Shown: positions 1 to 14,645 of the stretch, one piece after another
Layout of the letters: each line of letters starts with the position of its first letter
Position numbering within the stretch: position 1 is the first letter of the stretch
Source: Haplodiscus bocki
Taxonomy: Eukaryota
Assembly (NCBI GenBank): GCA_965655095.1
Contig: OZ296659.1
Location: forward strand, 13,764,001-13,828,000
Length of the DNA stretch: 64,000 bases
Reading direction: 5' to 3'
Program-made: the position numbers and the translations under genes
The notes under the pieces: generated by a model
Told to the model about the DNA's origin: nothing
Databases searched by the model: none
Seen by the model: only the letters and a program-made list of their open reading frames with translations

Positions 1-1689
1 TCGTGAGTAGGCCTTAAATTTTCCAGAACTTTTTTACGCCCTTTCTTCAATTTTGCCGTACATTTTCTCGTTATCTAATTTTTTTGCTTTTCCTGAATAA
101 CGCATCATTGAAACTTTCAAAAACTAACAAGAATGGACATGATGTAAGAACTTACTTTGTTAAAATGTAGGCTAAGCAATCGCCCAGCAGAGGCTTACTG
201 GCAATTTTGAGAAAGCATCTCAAATCTGGAATAATCAAGTCATTTATTGCAGCAAAATCCACACTGTCAAGAGTAATAATTCATAGATACACGTGATCGG
301 ACCGTTAAACCGAACATGGTAGAGCTATCGATAATCACGCACAGCGGTAGAGGGAATGATGACCCGGAACACTGTATTTATATTGAATTTTCTTCACTTA
401 CTTTGAGCGGTGTGTTTTTACTTATTCTTCAATCCTACTGTTGTCCGAATTCGAGCAAAGCAATGACAGAAAACCCAAATTAAACACCTAAAATTGCTTT
501 TTAAGCTTTCAATCAGATGTTTTAGCAATGAGAAGTTAATTGCCGTAGAAACTGCAATGAAAATTGGAGGATCCATCCAATCTGTCACGGAAACCGTTCA
601 CGAAGTTCAGCGGTGGCTAGGGATAGCCTAACGCGGTGGGAACGGCCCAAGTCGGCGCCGCTAGTAAGGCTCAATATACTCAAGCCTCTGATGTTTAAAA
701 AAGGTTTTTGTTCCGAGAAAATTCACTCTGAAACGGGGTTTTCAATATTTTTGACATAAAAAACATTAACTCATAGCCGATAAAAATTGTAGCAGGACCC
801 TTTCATGTTGTAAAAAATTGTGGTTTTCGAATACTTTTGGTATCGCAGAGGTATAACATATTTAAGTGTTTTCGAAATTCGTAAGTTTTTCTGCACTGGT
901 TGGTAAAACATTTTGGTATTTTCAACACCTCTCTTCTGCTGGTACTACATAGAATCACTCTTAATTTCCGTCGACTACACGGTGAAAAACATAGGAGCTA
1001 AGATAATAGCATTATAAACGAATGGCAAGGAGCAAAATTCACGAAGATTGACTGATAGTTTTGAACAGGCAGAGAATAGGATGCGAACAAAATTGATGAA
1101 TTCGAGAAAACAATTTAGATACTCTTGAAACAATTTAGAAATGAAAGAAAGTAAAGAGACGCTCATTCACTAAGTAAGAAATATAATGAAATTACAGTCT
1201 GTAACCCACCGCCCCGTATTACTTCTTTATGGCTTAGGCAAGTGCGAGGAAAAAATGGGAATGAAAAAATGGGAAAACAGAAGAGGCACTCTATTAATTA
1301 CATTTTGCATCAACAAACCGATCTACTAACCGATACTAATCTTTTTCGGAATGAAAACTTTCTATAACTCAGAAATTTTCCTGAAATAATGATGACAAAA
1401 CTGGAATTGCGGAACTTCAATTTGAAACAGAGAGGCGAAGCGGAATTTCACAACACGTTCTGACTTGTCACTTGAGATCATGGATCCCGAAAGACATTTG
1501 AAACAATGATCGGAGATGATATGTTTCAGAAATATTACCCCAGCTGTCAATTGAGAGTTTGTTTTTGAAAGTCAAATTGAGACAAAAACATGTTACAGGG
1601 TCTCATGCTCGAAAAATTGATGAGCCAGATATGTCTTTTCAGTTTACGCCATTTTGTTGCCCAAAGTCGAAGTTTACACAGAAAAAAAG

Positions 1690-2195
1690 CGACAATCAAC
1701 ACGTACCCCACCCGAAAGAGGCTGTCTTTGACAGTTTACACTAGATGATTAGACTCTCTGATGACGTCACAGAATGAGGGTTTTGCGCAGGATAAAAAAT
1801 CATAGACCGGTTTCAATGCACATTCTGCCTTTCAGAATGCGTTAAAAATTGATGTCAATTATGTCTTTCCAGATTACGGCATTCGGCTGCCAAATAATGT
1901 CTCATAAGTTTACAGTAAAAATACGAAAACAAAAAGTACCCGCCACAATGTCTTATATTTAAAATCTTGATAGGTCAAAAATAACTTTTTAGGATCCTGA
2001 CAGCCGATGTTCGTTTTTCCGATCTATGATTTAATACCTAGTAATTTTAGAACGTGAAAACCGACAATTACCTGCCTATTGTCCAAAAAGACCATTTCTG
2101 ACAATTTACACATCACAATCACTCTCTGAAGACGTCAAAAATGCAAGAGTTGGACAGGAAAGAAAACTAGGCATATCTCGCTTTCAATACACAGT
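1690..2195. repeat. Degenerate direct repeat, period ~370 bp
   Basis: gaca.tttacac...actctctga.gacgtca...tttcaat.caca occurs at ~1730-1822 and again at ~2100-2192. Confidence 0.55.
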
Positions 2196-5100
2196 TTTCT
2201 TGTCAGTCAGGAAGAAAAAGATAACAAATACATAGCTGCCAAGGCCGATAGTACTTCGGAAAAGTCATGGCACTCAGATGAAGGACTTCTGCGTATGGGA
2301 GTGCCTGTAAGAACTACCATTCATTCCGCAGAAAGTTTCAATTAAACTGAAAAACTCATCGAAAACTTCAGTTTCCGATTCACTGGGCGTTTCCGGATAC
2401 TACTGCCGATTACAGTTGAAATCTTAATGCTACTGAAACTTGACCTGCAACTTCCAGTACTTAGCCCCCGCTCCTGAACCCCTGTATCCAAGTTGGGGTA
2501 CTTTCAATCATTTTTGAACTCAAGTGATTTCATGCGCTGCTCAAGTAAGCAGTGGCAACACTCTAACCAGGATACTCCACTGGACTAAAATTGGTAACGT
2601 TTCCCCGCATCAAATTCACCCCCTCACTCTCAATACTAGCCCATACACAACACTCAAGTTGCAAAAATCTCAAAACAGGCAAAATTTCAGATTCTCCGGA
2701 TGAGTGGCTAGGAATGGCCACACCTTCCACATTTCAACTTCTTCGGCGCTTCCCAGTACTTTCCCTATTCTCCATATCCTCAACATCAAAACTGCAAAAA
2801 TCCTTATGTTTTCGATCTTTTTGCCATTGTTTTCATTCCAACTGCCAGGAAGTGATCATACCTCTGCCCAGAAAATATCAAAACCATTGAAATTCTTTCC
2901 CGAATTCAACTTTGCCAGCCACGCCCACTACCGAGTATTTCCTCTTTGACAGCAGTACACAAGTCGGAATTATTTAACTTTCACAATTTTCTGTTATCCC
3001 ACGCATTCCCACACCTTTCCCCGAATAGAAGATGTAATCTATTCCCCGCTAGACGTTCCAGGCCCATTACCAGAACTTGGCATATTCTCACAAACCTCTC
3101 TACCTGTTAGAATTCTCTAGATATTTTCAAAATTTTTCATAGCCTCCGTTCCTACAGCTTGGGAAGAGCCATGCCTTTGCCCAAATACAATTCCCGATCA
3201 AAATTGAGAACTTTTAGCCACCTCAACTTCACAGGGAATTCCAACTGCTAGTGTTTCAAGAAATATATCTTCAAAGGTAAAGAGTTTTTCAAATCTGTTC
3301 AATCTCACCGGGTCTATGCTCAATCCGTTTAGTCGCGAAATGAGGAAAATGAATTCAGAAGTTGTTTAGGTTTACCCTAGTATATGCATATCCATTGGGG
3401 AACAAAACATTTTCGAAAGTTTGTTCGAGTTGGGCGCTTTTATCGCTACTATGATAGTTCACATGGTTCTTTCTTACTCTCACGAACTTTGCTGCCTCTT
3501 GAAAAAAAACATAGGCGCTGAGGTGCTTAGCGCAAGACTCGCGAAGATGATCCTCTTGATTATATTGCTGACCACAAGCTTATGCAATGCCAGAGAGCAC
3601 GTGGCGAAATCCGGAGAGATAAAGCAGAGAACAACCAAGAGATAACAGCGAAGTTCAAGGTGACTCCCAACTTCAACAAAAGTTAGCTGAAAAGAAAAAT
3701 TGGTCATCTCAAAAGTCAGCAAAAGCCAGCCGCTGTTTAGCAAAGGCCGTCTCCAAAAGTTGCAAACTAGGTGTTAAGAAATACGAATCTGGAAACAAAA
3801 AAGCTTCCCTAAATGCCGTGTTTTCTCGATAATTTTCCTAAAAAAACTCGACTAAAAATTTTTTTGAGCAACTCGAGGTCACACGAACAGTCAGGAGATG
3901 CTAAACGTTTTTTTTAGGAGAAACACACTCCAGGTAATTTTCCAGGAGAGGAGAGTCGTAAATTATCGCACAGTGCAAAAACAATTGAAAAAAATTCTCT
4001 AAATCTAAAAATTACCTTGGCCTGACAACATTTCTACGACCGAGCGTACCCTCAAAAACTCTCGGCGTCTTCAAGCATCCCAATTTTCTTCACAAAGCCC
4101 AGTTTAAGTTTATTGTTTGTGCAACCAGATAAAAAGTTTGCGGAAGAATCGACAAAGGTTAAGGAAACCTATTTTTTAAGTTTTTCGACAAAAACATCCA
4201 GGACAAAAGTTCAGTGGAAACTTGCATCGAAACCCCTTGCTGTACAAATTGCTTAAACTTTTGCTCTATTCAACTGATATGTATCACTTTGAGGCGTGCT
4301 GAACGCGCTAAACGATATTGCACGAATTTATTTGAAAATTCATTGCAAAAAAATTCGGTCAAAATATTGTGATAAATCAAACAATTATCGGCTAAAAACT
4401 GAGCGCAACTAACACTTCATATTCCATCGCCTAACCAGCATTGGGATGTCATATATGGGATATTATGCCAGAGAAGTGCGGCAAAGTAGCACCTGCCCTC
4501 TGAAAAAATCTGAGTTTTCAATTATTTTCGCCAAAAACTCGGGCGGCGAAAAAATTCGTCCGCCCCAAATTTCGGCCCCGGTCAATTACGACGTTACCAG
4601 TGCAGCTAAGCAAAAAGCAAACGCATCCTACAAATGCGTTTATAGAAAATGAGCGACAAAGTTAAGAAACGGAGGGAGCAATGGGGCAATGTCAAATCTG
4701 TTTCGAAAAAATTCCGCTGTAGTCTATATTTCCACAACTTACTAGGGCGTAGGCCGCAGTTTATCAAATACTTTTATGCAGAAGAAGGGTGCTTTGGAGA
4801 ACTTACGGGTAAGATATCGTACTTGTGAGCAGGAAGCTGTTGACCAAATAGCCCAAATCACCTCGATTTTCAGAGAATCTTCTGCCAAACAATTATCAGA
4901 GAAAATTTAGAACGAAGTAAAAACCCACTCAATGGTACATTAGAGACTTTCCACATCATGTCTGCAAATGTCCAAATGGCAGTAAAAATCCATAAATGTG
5001 GGAAGAGATGTAGACATCAAACATTTTGTTCCGATTGAAAATGAAAGTTTTTCTTGAAAATGAAAGTTTTTCTAACTACGATTTTTCGTATGTCGGCAAC

Positions 5101-6309
5101 TATAAGATGATTGGCCCTTTTTCGAAGACTGCAAAAACAATGGCACGCAACACAGCTAAGCCAGCAATATAAGCTCAAGTAACATCAGTGACTCTAAGAT
5201 CATGTCCAAAATTCCAGGTCTGAAAAGAAAACGGACACAATCTCGCTTCAACGATATCTTCACCTTAGGCTTCGACGCTAAAAGCAACAATTTTCTTTCA
5301 ACAACTGGTTATGACAAAGTTTACCAGTAGCTACCTCGATTATATTTTTCAAAATATCAATTACTGAAATTTTTTGTGAAACCACCCAGCTTGGAATCTT
5401 TGCAGAAAAAGTTCGAAAATCGGAAGTCTTAGCTTTTGGTTCAAATGAGTTTTTACGTGATGTTACGTATTTTTCATTCGCAACTTTCGGCAGCATTGTA
5501 AAAACCGTAATTTACCAAGTACTTTCTTTGATTAAGAACTAAGTTAATTGAGCCAGTTTTGTTCAACAATTTTTTTCGACTTCCAAAAATTTTTTGGAAG
5601 AGTTCGATCCCAAATAAAATCGAGTCGCTGCCGATTCAAAATAAAAAATAAACCGTGTCTATTTCAAATAATTCGACGCTCCGCGGCATCCCCGTATTCC
5701 TGTGCCAGTCCTTGTCGATTTTTTCCTTGGAAGTGTATGGACCACTCAAGTCGAAAAGTCAATTCACCCCAAAATACTCAGGAACTAAAAAACGGGTGAA
5801 AGAAATTCTAGTAACTCACAAAATCTGTCTTCACTAAACTGTCGAAAAAATCATTCCTTCAATGCCCCATTTATTTTTAGATTCTTATGTAATTATATCG
5901 GCCGAAGATGCAGTTCTGTGATAGCGAAGCGGAACATAAGGCTGTGAAAAACATGAGACAGATGAATATCTAAAGACCTAGCGAACTTACAAGGAAATTT
6001 CAGGCAGACATTTCTTAAATTTCAGGTAGCTGACAATGGTTTGGAAAGAAAATCAGTTTTATAGTAGATAGCGACTCGCAGTTTTAGTCCTGGGGCCATC
6101 ATTTTTTTAGACCGAGGCGAATCTATGCTTCGCAATACGAGTGAACAAATCGACTAAATACAACTAATTTTTAAAGAAGCCACGGTACTACCAATACTAC
6201 TACTATGAGTGAACAAAAACACACTGAATTCTTATACATTTATATACATGTAAGAACCGCCATATCATTTCATTCGCTTCAAAATTTAAAAGAAAAGACT
6301 TGATTCTCA

Positions 6310-6480
6310 AGCGACAATGGTAGTCAGGTAAAGCATGCGACTGCGGCGCCAACGTTCCCAGGTTCGAGCCGAGGCCACATTCCCTCCTCTTTGGTCAAAA
6401 ACTAGGAACATGTGTCAGTTGCGAACGGATCGGAAAAGAATTCGAAGACTGCGATATAACACTTGCTTGCGCAAGTGTAA
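6310..6480 (+). mobile_element. tRNA-derived SINE
   Basis: Pol III A-box-like tggtagtcagg (6318) and B-box ggttcgagcc (6361). No clean acceptor stem. 3' hairpin acacttgc-ttgc-gcaagtgt (6459-6478). The 3' tail recurs at 15924-15974. Confidence 0.65.
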
Positions 6481-9128
6481 ACAACTATTGACATTCTCAA
6501 TGCATTTCACACCATTTGGCAAAAACAATTTTCTGAGCCAACCATCCTTCAGTTTCCGGAGTCGGAAAGTGCATTTTAATTCATAATCTGTCATCTAGAA
6601 GAAAATCGACTGTTCAGACAGAAATTTGCTTTTACATGTATCAAGATAAGGTATAGCATTTTTCAAATAGGACTTGTCGACTTACTTTGCAACTTTTGGC
6701 AGTTTCGAACATTCAAATATACAACTAAGCCCGCGAGGTGAAAATATATCGGCTCAGATTGAATAAAATTGAAAATATAATTTCTTGAATGAGCAGATAA
6801 GATTTGAAGAAAATTGTCAAAAATAGCAGTTTGACCTTACAGGCCACCTGCTATGAGTGCGGACTTTCAAGCCTTTGAGAGCCATTTTGATAGCGTAGAT
6901 TTTGAACGGCAAACAAAAAGTAGAAGTTGTGTCAATTAAACCCTTGATAACTTGCATGCCTTGACTATAAAATAACGAAAACTAACGTGTCCTATTTCTT
7001 TTTCATACCCTTATGTTCCATTTCTTCATCACAGTAGTATATTGTCCAGTGGCAATCTCCGTCAGTTTCACAAAAAAAATATATCACTTTTTCTCACAAA
7101 AACCCCGGACTTAAGGATACCGACTTGGCCCCGTGAACTCGCGGGAAGGGACAATTTAGATCAAATAGTTGAATTATTCTCTCATGAGAAGTTAGAGATG
7201 AAAATAAAGAAAGAGTGAAAATATTTATTTCGCTAAAAAATAAACGCAGTATTTTTATCACTTGCATTTATTGCAATGCTTAACTGCTTCCATCCATTGG
7301 CTGCGTTTGTAGCAAATTTACGAGCAATTAGACTGAAGCCAGCAGTGTAGTCAGTTAATCCGACTAGAAAGCAGAAAAAAGTCAAGATCATGTTTCTTTT
7401 ATCCCCCATGTTAACCAGGTTTCTTACTTACACCATAGCTGTTAGTGATAATTTTTTTCAATATTTGTTTCATTTGGGCTTTTTCAACAGACGTTATGAT
7501 AATACGAACAACCATAGCGAAGATTTTTCGTATAAACCTTTTTAAGTAGATTTTGTAGCTTTATTGATTAAAAATAGAGTAAAATGCGCCACATTTTCAT
7601 AATTTGCACTGCAAATTTCTTTGTATAATTCCTACGATACCGCATGTCCGATGAGAATACATCACTTCTACACGCGTTTTTAAGAATTCGACATAATTTG
7701 CCGTTCATTTTTAGTGATGTAGTAATGTCAATATCATTTGGTGGTTCTTGAAATCTCATCTCCAACCCCCTGATGCGTTTGGCGCAGGGGTATAAAACAA
7801 ACATGATACAAGGCTTGCAAAAAGATGCAAAATAAACACGGACCTGGCGCGAGATAAAACTGCATCGATCTTTTAATAATCTTCCAGTTGCTGTGAGCAG
7901 AACATACAATCGTCCAACAATATACATGCTGAAAGAACATTTTAACAACTCCCATTGACCGCCATTATAGCAGTAACTAACGCTTATTGCCATTTTGACC
8001 GATAATTAAGGGTGTTTTCGGAAACTCAATTCTTTTTTTCAATTTGCCACAAGGTAGCAATTTAACAGTCAGGCAAATAAATTACCGGTTTTTACTAAAA
8101 ATGCATTTTCTGGCCAAATTCGGATTCTTTTAGGAAAACTGATTTTTTTCCATCAACGCTAAAAATGTCTTTCGACTACATTCGATTTCTTTTTGGAAAA
8201 CCTGCTTTTATCCATCAATGGAAAATTATCCATATAAAAAGGTAGTAAGCCAAAAAAATTCGAACCATCATGATCACCGCTTTCTTTATTTGAGCAAATT
8301 TGGGTGGCTGAGAATATCCCAAGCGAGTAAACTGAGCCCCTAGTTCTACTTGAAGTGATTTAATTCACTGCAGTATGCTCTAGAAAACATTAAAATTAAT
8401 CACAAAGTAGCCACACAAAAATTCCATGGCAGTTCAAACCCCTCAATCAATAAATGCTATTTTACAGATTATTAAGAAGAAAGAGGAATAACATCAAAAG
8501 AATAGCCTAAATCTACATCGGAAAAAACGTCTAAAGACAAGCAATGCTCATACCGAATCTGAATGCATTGAACTTCAGAAGTTCTTCCGCTATCTAGACT
8601 ATTAATTACAAATGAGCAAATTTGGTAGTTTTAAAAAGCACCCGGTAATTCACTGAGGTTATTCAAAGCAGACCAATCATCTCAAATAAAATTGCACAAG
8701 TTTGGAAGGAATTACTTTTCATAAACAGTGCGTAGTCATGTTTCAAAGTTCGTGAACGTCGCCCCAAAATGTCGAAATTGCTTCTGCAACAACAAGGTTT
8801 AAGAAATAACAAACTTGGATAAAATTTCTGAAAAGCCGCCCTACATGATATAAAGAGCACGAAAATTGAAATACGTTCAAGGATTCAGTTCAATTTTTTC
8901 TGAAAAATTGGTTGACCAATTATCCAAAAGTAAGCAAAATTATACTGACGTTTGTTCGCAAAATATAGAAAAGACAAGCCATCGACTCTGATCAGTCGGT
9001 GAATGGATATGAAAAAAGAAAAATTCCCTGAGCTCGTAAAGTCTTTATTTTTGAATGAAAGACGTTGGTTGCAACAAGAGTAACAGCTCGAACTTCCAAA
9101 ATGGAAACACAAGCAGCTAGTGCAGAAG

Positions 9129-9561
9129 TTACCCGAACATGACAGTTTGGAGGGAAGCGGTTTTAATACTGTTCTCAAACAGGGCCGCTCTGTTCTGGTG
9201 ATCGCCTCGCTTGACCCAATGGCCATAAATACGAAAGGCACAGCTGTCAATCATTTTTCGAACAACTTTAGAATTGTATGGAGCTTTGCACAGAAGTTCT
9301 GGAGTAACTGGTTTTTGCTGCACTTGAAGTCTAAGTCTAACTATGCTGAGAACTAAAAAGCCAGTTGCTCGCAGTTTTTGACGGGCGTTGAAAGCCTTCG
9401 CTTCGTAATCGACTTCGCTGGGGTTGAAAGTGACAAAGAATTCGTGTTCTAAGGCTTCTGCAGCTGAGATGCGTTTCAAAGGGTCTACTTCCAACATTCT
9501 ACAAATGAGGTCTTTGGCTACGTTCGAAACATCTTCCCATTCAGGAGAATCGAAGTTGTAT
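9129..9561 (-). CDS. PHKG: Phosphorylase kinase gamma catalytic subunit, last coding exon (kinase C-lobe end and calmodulin-binding regulatory tail)
   Basis: Acceptor ttgttccag| (phase 2). Encodes YNFDSPEWEDVSNVAKDLICRMLEVDPLKRISA and the PhK-gamma tail motif IDSCAFRIYGHWVKRGDHQNRAALFEN. Stop at 9129. Confidence 0.93.
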
Positions 9562-9839
9562 CTGGAACAAAAATTCATGAAATTTGAAAAAGTTCAAAGC
9601 ATTTGAGGTAATAACAGTAGTTATTACAGTACAGAAGGTATAGCCAATAACTTAGGTTTTGCAATCATTATCTGTTCTCAAGAACGTGTTTTTTTGTACC
9701 TTTTTGAGGTATGCAGTTTTTACTTGCTTCTTTACCTACCATTAAGCCGCTCAACCCTAAATTGACTTTCCAATTCACATATTGGAATTAAAAGATGGGG
9801 TTGACTACACAATATTTATGTAATCAGGTAATCACGTAC

Positions 9840-10101
9840 CTGCCCTCCATGATCATTCGCAACATCATCATCTGTCGCTTGTGCCAGAAGGGGGGTCTGC
9901 CTGACATGAGGGTGTACATGACCACTCCACAGGCCCACATGTCAGTTGGGCGGCCGTATCCCTTGCTGTCTATGTTCATGGAACACTTTAGCACTTCTGG
10001 GGATAGATATGCTGGAGTGCCCATCAACTCTCGCAGCTCCGTGTCGTGCGAGACAAACGTCGCAAAACCAAAGTCACTGACTTTGATATTCACGTTTCCG
10101 T
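9840..10101 (-). CDS. PHKG: Phosphorylase kinase gamma, coding exon 3
   Basis: Acceptor cttgtttag| (phase 1), donor |gtacgt (phase 2). Encodes VSDFG, LRELMGTPAYLSPE, DMWACGVVMYTL and PPFWHKRQMMMLRMIMEG (PHKG-typical). Confidence 0.93.
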
Positions 10102-11479
10102 CTAAACAAGTAGAATCATTTTTGAAAACATCCCACATGCCAAAGTCAATAAAAAAAGCAACGCGATGAAGACTAAGTTAATCCTATTCAAAGGGGTTAA
10201 TGAAATTCAGCGGCTGAACAAGATAATTGTACAAAAGAGTATTTTGAACGGAACTTCAATGGTCGCGAATACAGATACTTCAATCAGACATCAAAAATCA
10301 TGACAAATTTTGGAAGTAACTTACATTAGAGATAGCTGCTCAAGCAAGCCGGAACGACTCAAGATGGCGCCGCCCGTAAAGCCTAAAGTACATGGATTTC
10401 CGCAGTGTTTTTTTTGGAAAAAAATTGTGGCTTTTCCGTCAAACAATTTGGTATATTCACTTTTTTTCAGGCGGAAATTTCGTCGCACATTACCGAAAAT
10501 TTAGTAGTGATTGTGTGGTATAATATACAATGCTTGAGAGGGTGATCAGTTCAAACATTTTTAGTTTTTCCAAAAAATTTTCGATACATAGAAAGGGTCC
10601 CACGAAAAAATTGTAGACCGAAGTTCCACATTTTTTTTCAAAAGACAAGTGTAAAGAGTATCATAAAAAATGATAGTCTTCTTGAAATTCTTTGGATTGC
10701 AAGAGCAAATAACGGCACTTTTCAATGTCTGCTTTTACAAAAAAATGGAACAATGCAAAAGGGAGTCAAAAGAGTGGCAAATTACAAAATTTTGCAATCT
10801 ACCTTTGCTATATCTTTTGGCTATACCGCGTTTAGGTACGTCTCAAAAACCCTTCACAATAGTCGGTCAGTAAAACGTCGTACACAGCGTGCGCGTCAGT
10901 ATCTTAGAAACCGCTACTATGATAGACCGTATAGTCCCTCCTATACACCCACCCAGCTTTGTTGCGTTTTGAATTTTTTTTTCACACATCGCACGAAATT
11001 CCTTATTTTGGACGAGATCCCAAATGAACAAAAAAAGCGTCAAAATATAACAAAAACCGAATAACACTGAGAGTTTCGTATAATCATCATTTTCCGAAAC
11101 GCTGAAAATAGGAAATCACTGTTTTCAATTGGAAAAGTTCATCTCGCACTGTCGAAAAAATCGCAGGGTTACCCCTTGGTATTATGAAAAACTGTGCTTT
11201 TCGAACATTTTTGGTAAATCGAAAGTGTCATCACAATTTTCGTCTCAAAATACCGAAACAATCCGCGGGGGCACCCTTTGGTGTTCTCATTTCGCATTCT
11301 CAATTTTTCTGCACAGGTCGTACGGTTAGGTATCAGAGAACAGCTTTTTCTTTATCACCTTCCTATGGAGTGTATGAAATCAATCATCATTTCCGTCGAA
11401 CACAAAGTCGAGTCCCACTCACACAGGCGAACTTTTACCTGAATGCAAAGCGCCGGCTAAAACAGAGCCGCCGATAGTT

Positions 11480-13600
11480 CTTGACTTGAAATTAAGTGTG
11501 CGAAGAACAAGTTACAATCGAAAATGAGTCTTAGGAAAATTAGTCTCAAGAAATTAGCGACAATTTAACTGAAGCGAAGGACGCCGCGGAGTGTTAGTTA
11601 CAAGTTATGAGAGCAGATAAGCTGGAAGTCCGGGCAAGTCTGGCTGAGGAAGCTGAAAAAAACCCTGACGCAGTTAGTAGAACAGGAAAATCTAAACTGG
11701 ATACCTTTTCAAGACTCTTGCACATTGCTCCAGCAGAAATTTGTTTCAGTACTTAGAAAGAAAGAACATAAAAGTTGGATGAATGATCATACACTTGAGT
11801 TGATGGAGGCACTTCGTCAGCGAAAAGAACACCATTCGACAAAATTATCGACGAGAAACTTCGCCGGGCATGTGATCTTGCTATGTGCTTAAATATGGAT
11901 CAGAAGTGCGGAGAAATCGAACAGCTACAGAGAGCCAACACCCCCTAAGAGTGCCACAAAAGAATTAAGGAAATGACGGCTAAGAAAACAGCCCGTTCCG
12001 GAGTCCTAGAAAAAAACACTGTGAGATTTTTGACAAAGATGTCAGAAAACCATGAGAGCAGTACATTGGAAAGCTACTTGCGGATTTTCAGAGAACATCT
12101 TCAGCTCACACTTTCTGACCCCCTGTCAGAACCTATATTGAAAAGTATGATCCAAGAAGCTAAAAGGAAGATGAAGAATGGCGAACCATGTGGGGCGAAT
12201 AAATTCCATGTAAACTTTTCAAATTAATGGGTGACGCAGCAGTTGAGGCGTTCACTTCGAATTTCAACATTTGGTACGAAACATATCCCTTCACAATGAC
12301 TTCAAGCGATCTATTTTCTTTCTTTTATCAAAGTCAACTGAAACAACAAAGTGCGAAGACCATCGATTGACTAGCCTAGTGATCAGGCGTTAAAAAGTTT
12401 GCTGGAAAATCTCATAAATCGAATGCAAACAACAATAAAAATGGAATCAAAGCAAACAAGTTGGGCTTCATGGGTGAAAGAGGTATAAAAATGCAACCTT
12501 CCTAATTCGTGTGTTGCGTGAACGGATGATAGAATTAATGATTGACATTTTACTGCTGTTTCTTTGATTACAGCAGGACTTTCGAGAAAGTACACCATAG
12601 CATAACGTTTGAAATTCTAGCCGATCTCGAATTGTATGATAAAGACATTCGACTCTCACAAGAGATATAATTCCAACAAGATGTAGTTGTCAGACACACG
12701 AAAAGCCTGTCAAGTCCCATACCAAGTGAAAGAGGTGTTCTTTAAGGATGTGTTATGCCGCCCGATCTGTTTAACGTGTACACCGAGGCCATTCTGAGGT
12801 CTCTGCAAGATTAGTCAGGCGTAATTGTCCATTGACACAACTTAACAGACATTCAAAATGCAGATGACAGCCCTATTGCAAGCAATGTGCGAGATCTACA
12901 GAACTTTTCGAACTGCGTGAACGAAAAATGTCATGAATTCGATATGGAAATCAACGAGAAGACAACGATAATGAGAATCTCGAAGAACAATGATGCTCCG
13001 GGCGTATGTGTTCAGCTGGATGATTTCTCTTTGAAATATGTTGGCTCCTCTAAATACTGGAGATCGATGATAATATCCGATGGTAGATGTCAGAAAGACC
13101 TGACAACCCAAGTAACAATGGCCAAAAGCGCTTGCAGTGACATAAGGGTATACTCTGAAACCTCACGATGCCTTTTAAGCTGCGGTTCAGGATACTCAAA
13201 TGTTACATCTACCCGATATTGCTCTATGGGTGTGAATAGTGGACTCTATTGTAAGATAATCAGGCCAAAATCGAGGCTACAGAAATTCTTGAGACGAATG
13301 ATGACAATCAGTTGGACAGCGAAAGTGAGAACTGAAGGTGTCCTCCGTATCACCAAACACCGATCTCCCCTCAGATAGGTGGCCAAACAACAAATCAAAA
13401 TTTTTGGACATGTGTTGAGAAAAGTGGAGAATTTAGTGATAACGGGGAAAATTAATGGCAAGAAAACATGAAAAAGATAGAGATGGAGGATGATGGACCA
13501 AATCAAAGCTTGGACTAGTCTAGAAAGAGCGAGGACGTGATCAGAAGAGCAAATTAGAGACAACTAGTGACCGCCGAAGTCAATTGATATGGCATAAGAA
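11480..13600 (+). mobile_element. Decayed RTE-clade non-LTR retrotransposon (RT region) in PHKG intron 2, antisense to the gene
   Basis: Broken RT motifs: KCEDHRLTSL, CCFFDYSRTFEKV, RGVL*GCVMPPDLFNVYTE, IQNADD (YADD), KYWRSMIISDGRC. RTE-like 3' end tgaccgcc...atatggcataagaag. Many stops and frameshifts. Confidence 0.8.
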
Positions 13601-14645
13601 GTTGGGAGAAGATAGCAGAAGTTATTGATAAGTGAAAATAGATGGAAAATAATGATGAACAAATCGTTTCACAGGAGGCAGACGTTGAATTGAGGCTGTA
13701 AGATTTTCGCAGCGACGCAGGGAGCACAGTGTGGGTCGAAAAGAAAAGTTAGGCGCTTCGTTAAAGAAAAATGGGAGAGTAGAGGCCGAGGGAAGACACA
13801 AATGGATGAGCACCGAAGGAAAGCAGCGATTTTGTTGTACAAAGGGACTTGGCAAAAGACGGGTGTATGGGTGTTAGAAAAAGACAAAGTCGATGATTCC
13901 CAAGAAACTTGTCATAACGAGGGAATGCGTGAGAGATAATTATCTAAGGAGGTAAAGTAGGAAATAGTACACAATGAACCTGACAAAGTTATTGATTTGG
14001 ACGACTTGGAAATTGTCGGACCAAAAGCCTCAGCTTTTTGAACGGAACCAAGACCATCAAGCGGATTTGATGACGAAATGTGACTGAGAACAACACATGA
14101 TTCTACGGAAATCGTGTTCATCCGCAATGTGCCAGAGGAAGTCGCAACAACTTAGAGCCCCCAGAAGACAATTATAATTTGAATGAACGGTACATACTGA
14201 GTTGAGCTTAATGTTGATATCCTGTTTATCCTATATCCTATCTCTTATCCTATTTATACAAGCCAATAGTTCCTTGTTGATTGGACAGTTAATATTATTG
14301 GACATTATTGAAAAAAAATCTTTTTAATGTAATTGAGTAATGTAGTAAAGCGCCAGCTCGCATGATGATCTGAAATAGAATTGGTGTTACAAGTTGTTGA
14401 CAGATAGTGATACACACGAGGTGCGATTTCTAATATTGTTACTTTGGCATACTACCGAAAGCGAGGATGAGATTAATACACTCTTTTGAATAAATTGTTT
14501 AACTCATCCAACCCGATAACGAGTGCACACAAATATGCTATTGAAAATATTCAGAAAAATTAATCTTCCGATATCGGGGAAATTACACTCATTAAAAAAA
14601 TGAACGTGTTTGTCTGAAAAATTTGTATGAGTGCAAATGACTGAC

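Noticed and set aside
2250-3300. Strand-biased, coding-like stretch (possible retroelement ORF relic on the minus strand)
   Set aside because: No motif I could identify with confidence in any frame.
6310-6385. Functional tRNA gene
   Set aside because: A/B boxes are present but there is no proper acceptor stem, and it continues into a repeated tail, as a SINE would.
975-9120. Numerous 60-140 aa ORFs in the ORF track
   Set aside because: Mostly alternative starts in repeat-derived AT-rich DNA, with no recognisable domains or consistent splice structure.
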